64,000 bases of DNA from an uncultured Bacteroidota bacterium (GCA_947084835.1 CAMTUB010000016.1:9738-73737); one strand, 5' to 3'; shown: positions 1-11,500, numbered from the stretch's first letter. A program made the numbers and translations. The notes: generated by a model not told the origin, from the letters alone.

Positions 1-2
1 AA

Positions 3-977
3 AACATTGTAGGTAAAAAGGTTTTTGACGTTTTAGGGGATGAAATTAGTGCCTTATTGATCCCATATGTAACGCTGGTCTTTGAGGGACAAAAAACAAA
101 TTTTATTGTCAATTTAAAAGAAAACCCTATAAAGATAAAACCTAAGTTTGATTTTGTTGAAATTGTTCATGTCAGTTATATACCTGACTTTAATGAAAAC
201 CATCAAGTTGTAGGTTTTATTGTAGCCATTAATGATATCACAGAGATAAAAAAAGCAGAGGCATCATTAGAAAGTCAGAATCAGCAACTTGTAAAAACCA
301 ACAAAGAATTAGACCGTTTTGTGTACAGCGCATCACATGACTTACGTGCACCATTAACCTCTGTTTTAGGTTTAGTTGATTTAATTTCGTATGATACCAA
401 TCCAGAAAATACCGAGCAAATAAAACGCTTAAATATGATGAAGAAGAGCGTTGTGAAGCTGGATAATTTTATTGAAGATATTTTAAATTACTCCAAAAAC
501 TCAAGACTTGATATTCATAAAGATTCGGTCGAGTTTGATAAATTAATAAAAGAAATCTCGCAAAGTCACCAGTTTATGATGGGTGCTGACTCCATGAAAC
601 TAATTTTAGATATTAATCAAGAATCTGAATTTGTGTCTGATTATCAAAGGTTAAAAGTTGTTTTGAACAATATTATTTCTAATGCCGTTAAGTATAAAGA
701 CATTAACAAGAAGGAAAGTTTGCTGAAAATATCTGTGCACTGTGATTCTGATTTTGCCAACATTGAAATAGAAGACAATGGCATTGGTATTAAAAAAGAA
801 GATTTGGATAAGGTTTTTGATATGTTCTATCGCGCTACAAAGTTGTCGACCGGATCAGGATTAGGACTGTATATTGTTAAAGAAACAATTGACAAAATGG
901 AGGGAGAAATCGAAATAATTTCAACTGAAAATATGGGTACCACCTTTAAACTAAAATTCCCAAATTTGTTGTCATGA
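3..977 (+). CDS. PAS-domain sensor histidine kinase (5' truncated by window edge)
   Basis: Frame open from position 3. H-box FVYSASHDLRAPL, N-box NNIISNAVKY, G1 IEDNGIGI, G2 GSGLGLYIV; PAC-like GFIVAINDITEIK. Confidence 0.92.
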   Translation, partial: NIVGKKVFDVLGDEISALLIPYVTLVFEGQKTNFIVNLKENPIKIKPKFDFVEIVHVSYIPDFNENHQVVGFIVAINDITEIKKAEASLESQNQQLVKTNKELDRFVYSASHDLRAPLTSVLGLVDLISYDTNPENTEQIKRLNMMKKSVVKLDNFIEDILNYSKNSRLDIHKDSVEFDKLIKEISQSHQFMMGADSMKLILDINQESEFVSDYQRLKVVLNNIISNAVKYKDINKKESLLKISVHCDSDFANIEIEDNGIGIKKEDLDKVFDMFYRATKLSTGSGLGLYIVKETIDKMEGEIEIISTENMGTTFKLKFPNLLS

Positions 978-993
978 TAAAACTAAATAATTT

Positions 994-1377
994 ATGGGCT
1001 ATAAACACATTCTTATAATAGACGATAATGACGTAGATAACTATATCTCCGAATCGTTAATTATTAAAAGTGAGATTGCGGATAAGGTAACCGTTGTTAA
1101 TTCAGCAACCGATGCCTTGTTGTTTTTAGAAGGATATGCGAAAGAGTTTAACAAATTCCCAAAAACAATTTTCTTAGATTTAAGCATGCCAATTATGGAT
1201 GGATTTGACTTTTTAGATGAATTCAAAATTTTTTCAGAAGATTTAAGATTTGATTGCAATATATACCTGCTAACCTCTTCCAATAACATGGCTGACAAAG
1301 AAAAAGCAGAAAAATACGGGTTTGTAAAAGGTTTTTTAATTAAACCATTGAAGCTCAAAAATCTCTTGGAGTTATAA
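994..1377 (+). CDS. Single-domain response regulator (receiver)
   Basis: ILIIDDN, FLDLSMPIMDGF, LTSS, KPL receiver motifs; follows the kinase. Confidence 0.92.
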   Translation: MGYKHILIIDDNDVDNYISESLIIKSEIADKVTVVNSATDALLFLEGYAKEFNKFPKTIFLDLSMPIMDGFDFLDEFKIFSEDLRFDCNIYLLTSSNNMADKEKAEKYGFVKGFLIKPLKLKNLLEL

Positions 1378-1387
1378 AAAACGGGTA

Positions 1388-2493
1388 CTACACTTTATCT
1401 GGAGTGTGCATGTAAAGCGTCCGACTTGGGAAAGCAAAACTTGAACCATGACTTTCGACAATTTCCATGATTCTAAAATTCACCTCTTCTTTAATGATAC
1501 AGAAGTCGTAAAATTCATTGGTATTTACCAAAAAAGTAACCAGAATATTTAAGCTACTTTCTCCAAACTCGTAAAATCGAACAAGAGGCTCATCGTTTAT
1601 GGAAGTATGCTGTTGTAAATAGGTTCGTAGCTCTTCGCTTATGGCTTTAATTTGTTCGCTTGAGGTTTCGTAGGTTAAGCCAATTAAAAATCGCGCTCTT
1701 CGATGCGTGCTTTGTGTAATGTTGTTTAGTTTGTTGCCTACCAATTGTTTGGGATAGTAACATAACTTTTATCAAGGGTTCTAATCCGAGTGCTTCTAAA
1801 CCCTACCTTTTCTACTGTTCCAGAAATTCCGTCAGCTTCAATAATATCTCCAACCTGAAAAGGTTTGTCTAAAAATATAGTAAATGAACCTAAAAGATTA
1901 GCTAAACTGTCTTGCGCTGCTAGTGCAACAGCAAGTCCACCAATTCCTAGTCCACCAATTATTGCTGTTACATTCAAATCGAAAATAACCCCTAAAATGA
2001 ATAACAGGCTAAATATTACTAAAAGTACTTTAACTGAATCTTTAAAAAATGGAACCAATTGATCATCCGTTTTTGATTCAGTTTTTTCAGCCTTAACTAA
2101 CATCACATGCCCAATAAAATCTGTAATACGCATTAGCAATCGCAAAACAGAAAATGTTAAAAAGATGTATGCTAAGTTGTGCGATAGCACATAAAGATTA
2201 ATGGAATTGCTCTCGAAAAGCCTGACTTTTTCAGAAAACTGTAAATTTATTATTGCCAGATAAAATGCAACAGATAACCCAAAACGCTGAATTGGTTTTT
2301 GAATGTGGCTTATAAAATCGGCAACTGTTGACTCTTGGGTGTGCCTTTTAAAAATTCTGTAAAGAAGTATACTTAATATTTTAGCGCCCCATTTGCGAAA
2401 TAGAAAGGCTAAAACGAAAATAGCTCCACTAAAGAGGTATTGTTGAATAGAATTTCCTAAGAAATGTTGGTTTAAAATATAGTTTAAATCCAT
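1388..2493 (-). pseudogene. MscS-family mechanosensitive channel, split by a frameshift near 1745-1750 (ORFs 1738-2493 and 1388-1744)
   Basis: N-part has GLGIGGLAVALAAQD, DKPFQVGD, GFRSTRIRT...TIPN. C-part in the -1 frame has IGLTYET, FGESSLNI, FAFPSRTLY. Confidence 0.8.
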
Positions 2494-3711
2494 TTATACG
2501 AGTTGTGTCAATGAATTTTGATAGGCTCTTTTTGTTACTCCGGTTTTGTGGGTTAAAATCGGTTTCAAGGCATTTCCGATTATGGTTGATACATCTTCAA
2601 AAATTGCCGTATCGGTAACGGTGCAATTTTGTTGCATCAAGTAAGCAAATACGCGTGCCATACCACAATTTGCAATAAAGTCTGGAATTAGTGTAATATT
2701 TTGGTCTGCAAATTGTGAAATTGGACCGTAAAAAATAGCTGTATCTGCAAACGGTACGTTTGCGCCACAAGAAATTACTTCAAGTCCATTTTCAATAAGA
2801 CTCATTAACTGCGACATGGTTACCAATCGGCTGGCAGCTGCTGGTATAAATATTTCTGCACCCGTTTTCCAAATGGTTTCATTCAGTTCGTTAAATGGCA
2901 AAACATCAACCGAGTTTAACTTATTTCTATTTTTAGTTTTGAAAAGATTTAAGGTTTGATCAAAATCTAGTCCTTCTTTTGAAACCATACCACCATCACG
3001 ATCAATAATCCCAACAATTTTTACACCATAGGTTGCCAAATAATAGGCAGCAGCAGAAGCCACATTTCCCCACCCTTGAATTAATGCACACTTCTTAGAA
3101 ATATCTTCGCCTTTAATAGCATACGTATGGCGAACAGCTTCTGCAACGCCAAAACCTGTTATCAAATCTGCAACAGTATAATCAACAGTAACATCGGGCG
3201 AAAAACTTGGATTTTTCACCAATAAAGAAACTCCTTTTTGAAGTTGACCAATAATCTGTTTTTTGATTTCGGGATCTTTGGTAATATGACCTGTAACAAC
3301 GCCCTCCTGTGGATGTTCTAAGCCAAGTTTACTTGTAATAGGAATTACATCGTGGATTTCATCGATATTTAAGTCGCCTCCAGTGCCGTAATATGCCTTT
3401 AAAATTGGTAACAATGCTTTGTACCAACGCTTCAAAACTTCGTTTTTGCGTGGGTCGTTGGGGTCGAAATTGATGCCTGATTTAGCACCACCGATAGATG
3501 GACCAGAAACCGTAAATTTGATTTCCATGGTTTTTGCTAAAGATTCTACCTCGCGTTTGTCTAGGCCTTTGCGCATACGGGTTCCGCCACCGGCAGCACC
3601 GTTCCGCAACGAGTTGATAACTGCCCAGCCCACTGCTTCCGTTTCGCTATCTTTCCATTCGAAAACTATTTCAGGCTGTTTTTCTTCAAAGGCTTTTAAT
3701 AAATCTTCCAT
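2494..3711 (-). CDS. Glu/Leu/Phe/Val dehydrogenase family protein
   Basis: GGGTRM, GGAKSGI, IQGWGNV (NAD binding), GANVP, PDFIANCG. Confidence 0.9.
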   Translation of the reverse strand: MEDLLKAFEEKQPEIVFEWKDSETEAVGWAVINSLRNGAAGGGTRMRKGLDKREVESLAKTMEIKFTVSGPSIGGAKSGINFDPNDPRKNEVLKRWYKALLPILKAYYGTGGDLNIDEIHDVIPITSKLGLEHPQEGVVTGHITKDPEIKKQIIGQLQKGVSLLVKNPSFSPDVTVDYTVADLITGFGVAEAVRHTYAIKGEDISKKCALIQGWGNVASAAAYYLATYGVKIVGIIDRDGGMVSKEGLDFDQTLNLFKTKNRNKLNSVDVLPFNELNETIWKTGAEIFIPAAASRLVTMSQLMSLIENGLEVISCGANVPFADTAIFYGPISQFADQNITLIPDFIANCGMARVFAYLMQQNCTVTDTAIFEDVSTIIGNALKPILTHKTGVTKRAYQNSLTQLV

Positions 3712-3819
3712 TTAACGCGGTTTCAATTTTATGCAAAAATAGCTTTATTAAATATTATATGTGGATTACTTCTGATTTGTTTTAAACATCAATTCAGATT
3801 TCTTTTTAATTTTTGTAGG

Positions 3820-4989
3820 ATGATTGACAATTATATTTCTATACCAGATTTCTGGAATGAATTTTCAAATGAAGATTTTTTACCAGAAACTATTGGAAAC
3901 ACTATTGAAAGATTTTCAAAGAATACCGACATATCCGACTTTAAAATCGCATTTATTGGAGTTTGCGAAGATCGTTCCATTGAAGGTCATAAAGGCGTTG
4001 CTTCAGCTCCTGATGCAATTCGCAAGTATTTATTTCCATTATACTCCCATTTTAAACAAATTAAAATGCTTGATTTGGGAAATATTAATGGAGGATTTGA
4101 GTTTGCAGATACGTTGTTTGCAGTAAAAGCAACTTGCAGTTATCTGATAAAAAACAATGTATTGCCCATAGTTTTAGGCGGTCCACAGTCGTTAACCTAT
4201 GGCCAATATCAAGCCTACGAAACCTTAGAACAGTCTGTAGATGTACTCGTTTTTGATGCAAAGCTTGATTTGTTAGGCGATATCCATGATGAAATTTCGA
4301 ACGATAATCACCTGTTTAAACTGATTACACATCAGCCGAATTACTTATTCAACTTGTCTTTGTTTGGATATCAACGCTTTTTTGTATCAGAAGAGCATTT
4401 AAATGTGGTTGAAAAATTGAACTTCGATGCTTTAAGATTAGGAGAACTTCGAAGTAAGTTAGAAGATGTTGAGCCATACATTCGTGCAGCAGACATGGTC
4501 AGTTTTGATATGTCTGTAATACGAAATAGCGATGCTCCGGGTGCAGTTTTTTCATCGCCTAACGGATTATTCGGACACGAAGCCTGCCAATTGCTTCGCT
4601 ATGCAGGAATGAGCGATAAAATGACATCGGTAGGGTTTTATAATTTCGACCCATTAGAAGATAGAAATGGAGTAACTGCCTACCAAATAGCACAAATGAT
4701 TTGGTATTTTGTAGAAGGCTTTTCGAGTAGAATGATGGATTTGCCAGAACGTGATAGCAAAAATTTTACTAGATATACCACTTTGCAAAACAGTGGCCAT
4801 GAATTGGTGTTTTATAAAAGCAATCGTTCTGGAAGATGGTGGATTGAAGTAGCATCCGGAAAATTTCATCCAAAATATGAAAGATCATATTTGGTGCCTT
4901 GTTCCTATTCTGATTATCAAGAAGCATTGAGCGATGACTTACCAGAAAAGTGGATAAAAGCGCATAACCGCTTTACCATGTTAAGTTAA
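3820..4989 (+). CDS. Formimidoylglutamase/arginase family protein
   Basis: APDAIRKYL, DLGNI, IVLGG, VSFDMSVI, SPNGL; Bacteroidota-type C-terminus RWWIEV...VPCSYSDY. Confidence 0.85.
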   Translation: MIDNYISIPDFWNEFSNEDFLPETIGNTIERFSKNTDISDFKIAFIGVCEDRSIEGHKGVASAPDAIRKYLFPLYSHFKQIKMLDLGNINGGFEFADTLFAVKATCSYLIKNNVLPIVLGGPQSLTYGQYQAYETLEQSVDVLVFDAKLDLLGDIHDEISNDNHLFKLITHQPNYLFNLSLFGYQRFFVSEEHLNVVEKLNFDALRLGELRSKLEDVEPYIRAADMVSFDMSVIRNSDAPGAVFSSPNGLFGHEACQLLRYAGMSDKMTSVGFYNFDPLEDRNGVTAYQIAQMIWYFVEGFSSRMMDLPERDSKNFTRYTTLQNSGHELVFYKSNRSGRWWIEVASGKFHPKYERSYLVPCSYSDYQEALSDDLPEKWIKAHNRFTMLS

Positions 4990-6507
4990 GGGAAGCTCTT
5001 TTGACAGGGCTAATATTTCTTCGATGAATTTTCTATCGTTAGCAAGTCGAGGAATTTTATGTTGCCCGCCAAGTTTGTCTCTTTTTTTAAGCCATTGGTA
5101 AAATACTCCAGTAGGTAAAGACTTTACGATGGGAAGGGTCAGCGCTAAATTGTTTTGGCGCTTTGCTTCATAATCTGAATTAACCTCCTTTAATTTTGCG
5201 TCAAGGATTTCAGAAAAAACAGTTAAACATGAAGGCGGGGTGATAAACTCTATTGCCCATTCGTGGCAACCTTTAGAATTGGTTGTTAAAAAAACAGGAG
5301 CAGCAGTATAATCACGAATAGTTGCACCGGTAACTAAGCAAGCTGCTTCAAGCGCAAAGTCAGCATTGTTTATCATGAGTTCTTCGCCAAAAGCATTGAT
5401 GTAATGTTTCGTGCGACCAATAATTATAAATCTATATGGCTCAGTTGATGTGAATTTTATGGTATCGCCAATTAAATAACGCCATAAACCGCCATTGGTA
5501 GAAATTACCATAGCATAAATTTCATCGGTTTTTACTTGGGCTAGAGTTATCGTTTTTGGGGTATCTAAATGCATTTCGGATCGAGGAATAAACTCATAAT
5601 ATATTCCATAATCTAACATCAATAGCATTTCTTTAGAGTGTATTTGATCTTGTACTCCAAAAAAACCTTCGGATGCGTTGTAAGATTCAAAGAAATGCAT
5701 GTTCGGAAGGTTTAATATCGATTTAAACTCTTCGTGATAGGGTTTAAAGTTGATACCACCATGAAAATATACTTCTAAATTAGGCCAAACTTCGTTAACC
5801 GTTTTTTTGCCTGTTTTCTCAAGCAACCGTTGCAATACCAGTAAAGTCCATGTTGGAACTCCCGCTAAACTGGTAACGTTTTGGTGCATGGTTTGCTCTA
5901 CAATTCTATCTATTTTTTCTTCCCATTTATCTAAAAGCGCAACTTCTAGGTCGGGTGTACGGTGGATTTCAGCCCAAAAAGGCAGGTTTTGCATCACTAC
6001 TGCCGACAAGTCTCCCAAGTAACTGCTTGTATTTAATGAATTTGGCTGATAACTGCCTCCCATAGTCAGGCATTTGCCATCAAAAATATTAGTATCGGGG
6101 TTAGCTAAGCAGTAAACGCTTAGCATGTCTTTCCCTGCTTTAAAATGGCATTGGTCTAATGACTCTTCTGTAATAGGGATGTATTTGCTTTTTGCGTTGG
6201 TAGTTCCACTAGATTTTGCAAACCATTTTACAGATGTTGGCCAAAGCAAATTGGTTTCTCCTAACATGGATCTTTCAATCCAAGGATAAAGTTGTTCGTA
6301 GGTTTGTACAGGAATTCGATTAGCAAATTCTTCGATACTGGTGATAGATTGAAAATCATAGTGCTTTCCAAATTCGGTTTGGGCGGCATTGTCAATCAAA
6401 TTCATGAAAACATCTTGCTGTACGTCAATTGGATATTTTACGAATAATTCTATTTGATGCATTCGTTTTTTCATCCACCATGATAAAATACTGTTTATTA
6501 CACCCAT
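4981..6507 (-). CDS. GH3 auxin-responsive promoter family protein (acyl-adenylate ligase fold)
   Basis: AKSSGTT, YNASEGFF, GLWRYLIGD, GGQHKIPRL. Confidence 0.9.
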   Translation of the reverse strand: MGVINSILSWWMKKRMHQIELFVKYPIDVQQDVFMNLIDNAAQTEFGKHYDFQSITSIEEFANRIPVQTYEQLYPWIERSMLGETNLLWPTSVKWFAKSSGTTNAKSKYIPITEESLDQCHFKAGKDMLSVYCLANPDTNIFDGKCLTMGGSYQPNSLNTSSYLGDLSAVVMQNLPFWAEIHRTPDLEVALLDKWEEKIDRIVEQTMHQNVTSLAGVPTWTLLVLQRLLEKTGKKTVNEVWPNLEVYFHGGINFKPYHEEFKSILNLPNMHFFESYNASEGFFGVQDQIHSKEMLLMLDYGIYYEFIPRSEMHLDTPKTITLAQVKTDEIYAMVISTNGGLWRYLIGDTIKFTSTEPYRFIIIGRTKHYINAFGEELMINNADFALEAACLVTGATIRDYTAAPVFLTTNSKGCHEWAIEFITPPSCLTVFSEILDAKLKEVNSDYEAKRQNNLALTLPIVKSLPTGVFYQWLKKRDKLGGQHKIPRLANDRKFIEEILALSKELPLT

Positions 6508-6524
6508 TCTTAGAATTTTATGAT

Positions 6525-7268
6525 CTAGACTTCTGTATTTTTTTTACGGAGTACAAAGTGCTTTCCGAGGTATAAATTTCTAACTTGTTCGTCTTCTGCA
6601 AGTTCGGTAGCTGTGCCTTGTTTTAGGATTTTGCCATCAAACAACAAATAAGCCCTATCTGTTATCGATAATGTTTCGTTAACGTTATGGTCTGTAATAA
6701 GAATTCCGATATTCTTCTTTTTCAGTTTGCTAATTATTTGCTGAATATCTTCAACAGCAATTGGGTCAACGCCAGCAAATGGCTCATCTAATAAAATAAA
6801 ATGTGGATTTACAGCCAATGCGCGAGCAATTTCTGTTCTTCTCCGTTCTCCGCCCGATAAAACGCGGCCTAGGTTTTTACGAACATGCCCTAAATTAAAC
6901 TCCTCAATCAAGGCATTGGTTTTTTCTAAAGCGGCTTCTTTGTTGTAGTCGGTTTGCAATTGCATCACCGATAAAATGTTGTCTTCGACAGATAAATCTC
7001 TAAATACTGATGCCTCTTGTGGTAAATATCCAACGCCTTTTCGAGCTCTTTTATACACGGCTTCGTCTGTAATATCTTCATCGTCAATAAAAACCTTGCC
7101 AGAGTCGGGTCTTACCAAACCAACAATCATGTAAAAACTGGTTGTTTTTCCTGCACCATTGGGACCTAAAAGCCCAACAATTTCGCCACTATTTACTTCT
7201 ATAGAAATTTCGTTTGCAACCTTTCGCTTGCGATATTGTTTTACTAGATTTTCTGATCGAAGTTTCAT
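6525..7268 (-). CDS. lptB: LPS export ABC transporter ATP-binding protein
   Basis: [52 protein letters not shown]. Confidence 0.95.
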   Translation of the reverse strand: MKLRSENLVKQYRKRKVANEISIEVNSGEIVGLLGPNGAGKTTSFYMIVGLVRPDSGKVFIDDEDITDEAVYKRARKGVGYLPQEASVFRDLSVEDNILSVMQLQTDYNKEAALEKTNALIEEFNLGHVRKNLGRVLSGGERRRTEIARALAVNPHFILLDEPFAGVDPIAVEDIQQIISKLKKKNIGILITDHNVNETLSITDRAYLLFDGKILKQGTATELAEDEQVRNLYLGKHFVLRKKNTEV

Positions 7269-8983
7269 TTCTCTATTTTAATGTCTTTAACGTTGATTTT
7301 AAGAGATGTTTTTCCGTTCCACGTATTTTCTTCAATGGTGTAACAGGCAGAAAATTGTTTTCCACGAATAATATCATCGTAGTGCTGCCCTTGTTTAAAG
7401 GCAATTGCCTGAAATTCTTGCGAGTTTTCTTCTTTTATGTAAAGCATCAAATGATTATCGCCAACTATTTTGGTTCGTGCGCCACCGTACAAATCATGGG
7501 CAACAAATACAGGCTGCATATTTCCAGGTCCGAAAGGTGCAAACTGTTTTAAAATGCGGTAAAATTTATCGTTGATGTGGCTTACCTGTAAAGGAATGTC
7601 TATTTCAATTTTAGGAATTAGGGTGTCGTTTTTAAGATGGCTTTTTACCACTTGGTCAAACTTTTCGATAAATTCATCAATGCGATTGGCTTTAATGCTT
7701 AATCCTGCAGCATATTTATGTCCACCAAATTGCTCTACAATATCGCCACAACCTAAAATAGCTTGATAAATATCAAACCCTGAAACAGAACGAGCCGAAC
7801 CTGTAAAAAGGTCGTCTTGCTGGGTAAAAACAATGGTTGGTCTGTAATACGATTCTATTAATCTTGATGCTACAATTCCGATTACGCCTTTATGCCAGTT
7901 AGAATTATAAACTACTGTTGAGCTAAGTTCAGGATGTTTGGCGTTTTGACGAACCATTTCAAACGCCTCTTGCGTAATAGTGGTATCTATATCCTTTCGT
8001 TCAGCGTTTGTAACATCAATACTTGCAGCAATACTTTCTGCTTCAATCTGATTTTTCGAAATTAGCAACCGAACTGCATTTTTGGCATCGCCCATGCGTC
8101 CCGCAGCATTAATGCGTGGCCCAATGTTAAAAACAATGTCTGAAATAGTTATGTCTGATTTATTACAACAGATATCCTTAATGGCTTTTAGACCAATACT
8201 TGGGTTTTCGCCAAGTTTTTTTAAACCATAATAGGCTAAAATTCTATTTTCGCCTGTTATGGGTACAATATCGCTTGCAATGCTTACAGCTAATAAATCT
8301 AGCATAGCATACAGTGGCTGTAATTCTACATTGTTACTAATGGCAAACGCTTGTGCAAGTTTAAATCCGATTCCACACCCAGATAATTCTTTGTATGGGT
8401 AATAACAATCAGATTGTTTTGGATCAATAACAGCGGCTGCATCGGGTAAAATTTCTCCTGGAAGATGGTGGTCCGTTATAATTACTTCAATTCCTTTTTG
8501 GATAGCATATTCAACCGGTTCAACAGCGGTAATTCCACAGTCTAAGGTTATTATGAGTTTGTATCCTTGCTCGTGCGCCCAATCAATGGCTTGCAGAGAA
8601 AGCCCATACCCTTCAGAATGGCGGTCGGGAATATAGTATCCCAATTTCGAATAAAACTGACCTAAATACGTATAAAGTAAAGACACAGCAGTGGTTCCGT
8701 CTACATCATAATCGCCATAAATAAGTATTTTATGGTTTTGGATAATCATTTCCTCGATTAAAGCAACCGCTTCGCGCATCCCTTTTAGCAGAAAAGGATC
8801 ATGCAAATCGTTTAACGAAGGTCTGAAAAAGGCCTTAGCTTCATCTAAGGTAGTAATTCCCTTGTGCACTAGAAGTTCAGCTAAAATTACATCAACATTC
8901 AAAGCTTTGCTGAGGCTTAATATGTCTTCGGGGTCAAGTCGAGGATGTATCTCCCACTTTATTTCTAATGGCTTTGGATTCAT
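7265..8983 (-). CDS. recJ: ssDNA-specific exonuclease RecJ
   Basis: [40 protein letters not shown]. Confidence 0.97.
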   Translation of the reverse strand: MNPKPLEIKWEIHPRLDPEDILSLSKALNVDVILAELLVHKGITTLDEAKAFFRPSLNDLHDPFLLKGMREAVALIEEMIIQNHKILIYGDYDVDGTTAVSLLYTYLGQFYSKLGYYIPDRHSEGYGLSLQAIDWAHEQGYKLIITLDCGITAVEPVEYAIQKGIEVIITDHHLPGEILPDAAAVIDPKQSDCYYPYKELSGCGIGFKLAQAFAISNNVELQPLYAMLDLLAVSIASDIVPITGENRILAYYGLKKLGENPSIGLKAIKDICCNKSDITISDIVFNIGPRINAAGRMGDAKNAVRLLISKNQIEAESIAASIDVTNAERKDIDTTITQEAFEMVRQNAKHPELSSTVVYNSNWHKGVIGIVASRLIESYYRPTIVFTQQDDLFTGSARSVSGFDIYQAILGCGDIVEQFGGHKYAAGLSIKANRIDEFIEKFDQVVKSHLKNDTLIPKIEIDIPLQVSHINDKFYRILKQFAPFGPGNMQPVFVAHDLYGGARTKIVGDNHLMLYIKEENSQEFQAIAFKQGQHYDDIIRGKQFSACYTIEENTWNGKTSLKINVKDIKIEK

Positions 8984-9001
8984 TTTCTATTTTATTAAAA
9001 G

Positions 9002-9009
9002 CAAAAGTA
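9002..9009 (-). promoter_or_regulatory. Bacteroidota -7 promoter element for recJ
   Basis: TACTTTTG on minus strand matches TAnnTTTG, 18 nt before the ATG. Confidence 0.6.
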
Positions 9010-9042
9010 CTACCATTAAAGCACTTCCTAATATAAACCTAT

Positions 9043-9050
9043 TACCTTTG
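9043..9050 (+). promoter_or_regulatory. Bacteroidota -7 promoter element for thiL
   Basis: TACCTTTG, 18 nt upstream of ATG at 9069. Confidence 0.6.
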
Positions 9051-9068
9051 CAGCGATTTATTAGAAAC

Positions 9069-10109
9069 ATGGGTCAAAACTTCACTACCATTTCCGAAAT
9101 TGGTGAATTTGAGTTGATAAAACGTATCACAACAGAATTTCCTAAAAACCAAACTTCTACTATTGCCGGTATAGGTGACGATGCTGCTGTTATTGCAACT
9201 GAAAATTTGCAACAAACCGTGGTAACTTCAGATATGTTGGTTGAAGGAGTTCATTTTGATATCGTTTATACTCCTTTAAAACATTTAGGCTACAAAGCGG
9301 TAGTAGTAAATCTTTCTGATTTAGCAGCTATGAACGCTAAGCCAACCCAAATTTTGATAAATATTGCAATCTCTTCCCGATATACTGTAGAAAGTATAGA
9401 AGAATTGTATGATGGGGTTAGAATTGCATGCGAAGAATACAAAGTTGATTTAATCGGAGGTGATACAACGTCATCTAAGTCGGGCTTGGTAATTAGCGTT
9501 ACTGCAATTGGGGTTGCAAAATCCGAAGAGATTATTTACCGCAATGGGGCATCTAAAAACCAATTAGTGTGCGTTACTGGAGACTTGGGCGGAGCTTTTT
9601 TAGGACTGACATTATTAGAACGCGAAAAACGGGTTTTTCTTGAAGATGGCAATATGCAGCCTGCGCTTGAAGGTTTCGAGTACCCACTTCAACGTCAATT
9701 AAGGCCAACTGCAAGAACGGATATGCGCCTGATTTTTGAAACACTTAACCTTATCCCAACCTCAATGATTGACATTTCGGATGGATTGTCGTCTGACATT
9801 AATCACTTGTGCATTCAAAGTAATGTCGGATGTATGATATTTGAAAATAAATTACCTTTTGACCCGTCTGTGATTGAATTAGCAGCTAAGTTTAATTTAA
9901 ATTCTTCTCTTTGTGCATTGAATGGTGGCGAAGATTACGAATTGTTGTTCACCATACAACAAAGCGATTTTGAGAAAGTTAAAAATCACCCCGATATATC
10001 GGTGATTGGATTCATAACAGAAGCATCGGAAGGCATGAAAATGGAGTTAGCAGATGGAAATATCATTGATTTGTCCATGAAAGGATGGAATTCTTTTTCA
10101 GAGGCTTAA
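9069..10109 (+). CDS. thiL: Thiamine-phosphate kinase
   Basis: GEFELI, GIGDDAAV, DMLVEGVHF, NLSDLAAM, GGDT, DISDGL, GGEDYEL. Start moved from 8862 to ATG 9069 to avoid overlapping recJ. Confidence 0.95.
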   Translation: MGQNFTTISEIGEFELIKRITTEFPKNQTSTIAGIGDDAAVIATENLQQTVVTSDMLVEGVHFDIVYTPLKHLGYKAVVVNLSDLAAMNAKPTQILINIAISSRYTVESIEELYDGVRIACEEYKVDLIGGDTTSSKSGLVISVTAIGVAKSEEIIYRNGASKNQLVCVTGDLGGAFLGLTLLEREKRVFLEDGNMQPALEGFEYPLQRQLRPTARTDMRLIFETLNLIPTSMIDISDGLSSDINHLCIQSNVGCMIFENKLPFDPSVIELAAKFNLNSSLCALNGGEDYELLFTIQQSDFEKVKNHPDISVIGFITEASEGMKMELADGNIIDLSMKGWNSFSEA

Positions 10110-10140
10110 ATAATTACAGGTATTTTAGTAATATTAAAGC

Positions 10141-10920
10141 ATGAATTCATTATTAGTTGCAATAGATTTTTCCCCTGCCTCTGAAAATGCTTTATCCTAT
10201 GCATTGAATTTTGCACACGGGTTGAAATATAAGCTAAACATACTGCATGTAATTGACTCGAAGTCAGATTCAAATGTTGATTTTGGAGACAAATTAGAGA
10301 AGATTCGATCTGGAGTTGTTGAAAATTTCCCAGATTTACTATTCGATATCATTCAAAAAGACGGAGAACCAGCCCAAAGTATTGTTGATACCGCAATTTC
10401 AACCTCAGCTAAACTTGTAGTTATGGGTTCAAAAGGGCATAGCTCAACACACGATCAAATTTTAGGTCTTATTGTTCAGAAAGTAATAAAGGATGGAAAG
10501 CTTCCTGTTTTGGTTATACCAACTCACTTAAACTTTGCAGTACCTAAGAACTTGGTTTTTGCTTCAGATTTAAATCCCATATCAGATTCTAACCTTAATT
10601 TGCTTTTAGAAGTTGCAGCTTGCTTTAGAAGCAAACTAAATTTGCTTCATATTTTTGATCTTTCAAAAGACTTTCCCGTTGAAAAACTTGCAGAAGCTGA
10701 AAAATTACAGCGCCTACTACAACCTATCGAACATGAATTTATTATGAAAGCGGGTAAAGACATTGTGCAAGCAATAGACTCTTATTCGAAGTCAAATAAT
10801 TCAGATTTGATAATACTTGTAGCACGGAAATACACTCTAATTCAGAGTTTATTTCACAAAAGTGTTACCAATTCAATTGCAATTAAAGCCCAAGTACCGT
10901 TCTTGGCATTACATGAATAA
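10141..10920 (+). CDS. Universal stress protein (tandem USP domains)
   Basis: LLVAIDFSPAS, LVVMGSKG, PVLVIP, VFASDL. Confidence 0.9.
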   Translation: MNSLLVAIDFSPASENALSYALNFAHGLKYKLNILHVIDSKSDSNVDFGDKLEKIRSGVVENFPDLLFDIIQKDGEPAQSIVDTAISTSAKLVVMGSKGHSSTHDQILGLIVQKVIKDGKLPVLVIPTHLNFAVPKNLVFASDLNPISDSNLNLLLEVAACFRSKLNLLHIFDLSKDFPVEKLAEAEKLQRLLQPIEHEFIMKAGKDIVQAIDSYSKSNNSDLIILVARKYTLIQSLFHKSVTNSIAIKAQVPFLALHE

Positions 10921-10935
10921 TTTTTTATTAATAAT

Positions 10936-11451
10936 ATGAAAGTAGAAGCTAATAAAGTTGTAGCTATCACATACGACTTACACGTAAGCACAGCTGAAGA
11001 AGGAGAACGCCATGTAGAATCAGCATCAACCGAGTCTCCAATGATGATTTTGATGGGTTTAAGTGGATTGCCTGAAAAGTTTGAAGAAAACATTGTTGGC
11101 TTAGAAGCAAACGGTGATTTTGACTTTATTTTAAGTGCTCAAGAAGGTTATGGAGAGCATAGTATGGAAGCTGTTATGGATTTACCGAGAGAAGTTTTTC
11201 AAAACGATGCTGGTGAATTCGATGAAAAAGAAGTCTTCGTTGGCGCGTTTTTACAATTGATGGACCAAGAAGGACATTATCATAGAGGCTTGGTAAAAGC
11301 GGTTAATGAAAATGTAGTTGTGATGGATTTTAATCATCCACTATCAGGACTAGATATGCACTTTAAAGGTACTGTGCTATCTGTTCGCGAAGCTACAGCT
11401 GAAGAAATGGAGCACGGTCATGTTCATGGCGAGGGCGGGCATCATCATTAA
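10936..11451 (+). CDS. slyD: SlyD-type FKBP peptidyl-prolyl isomerase
   Basis: VVAITYDL, EGYGE, MDFNHPLSG, VREATAEEMEHGHVHGEGGHHH. Confidence 0.9.
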   Translation: MKVEANKVVAITYDLHVSTAEEGERHVESASTESPMMILMGLSGLPEKFEENIVGLEANGDFDFILSAQEGYGEHSMEAVMDLPREVFQNDAGEFDEKEVFVGAFLQLMDQEGHYHRGLVKAVNENVVVMDFNHPLSGLDMHFKGTVLSVREATAEEMEHGHVHGEGGHHH

Positions 11452-11467
11452 AAAAATAAACAAAAAG

Positions 11468-11500
11468 TTTGAAAAATAGCTTTTTGTTTATTTATCTTTG
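11468..11500 (+). promoter_or_regulatory. Bacteroidota sigmaA promoter for tRNA-Gln
   Basis: TTTG (11468-11471), 21-nt spacer, TATCTTTG (11493-11500). Confidence 0.7.

Noticed and set aside
8862-9068. N-terminal extension of thiL
   Set aside because: It overlaps recJ on the opposite strand and both promoter elements; ATG 9069 fits the family start
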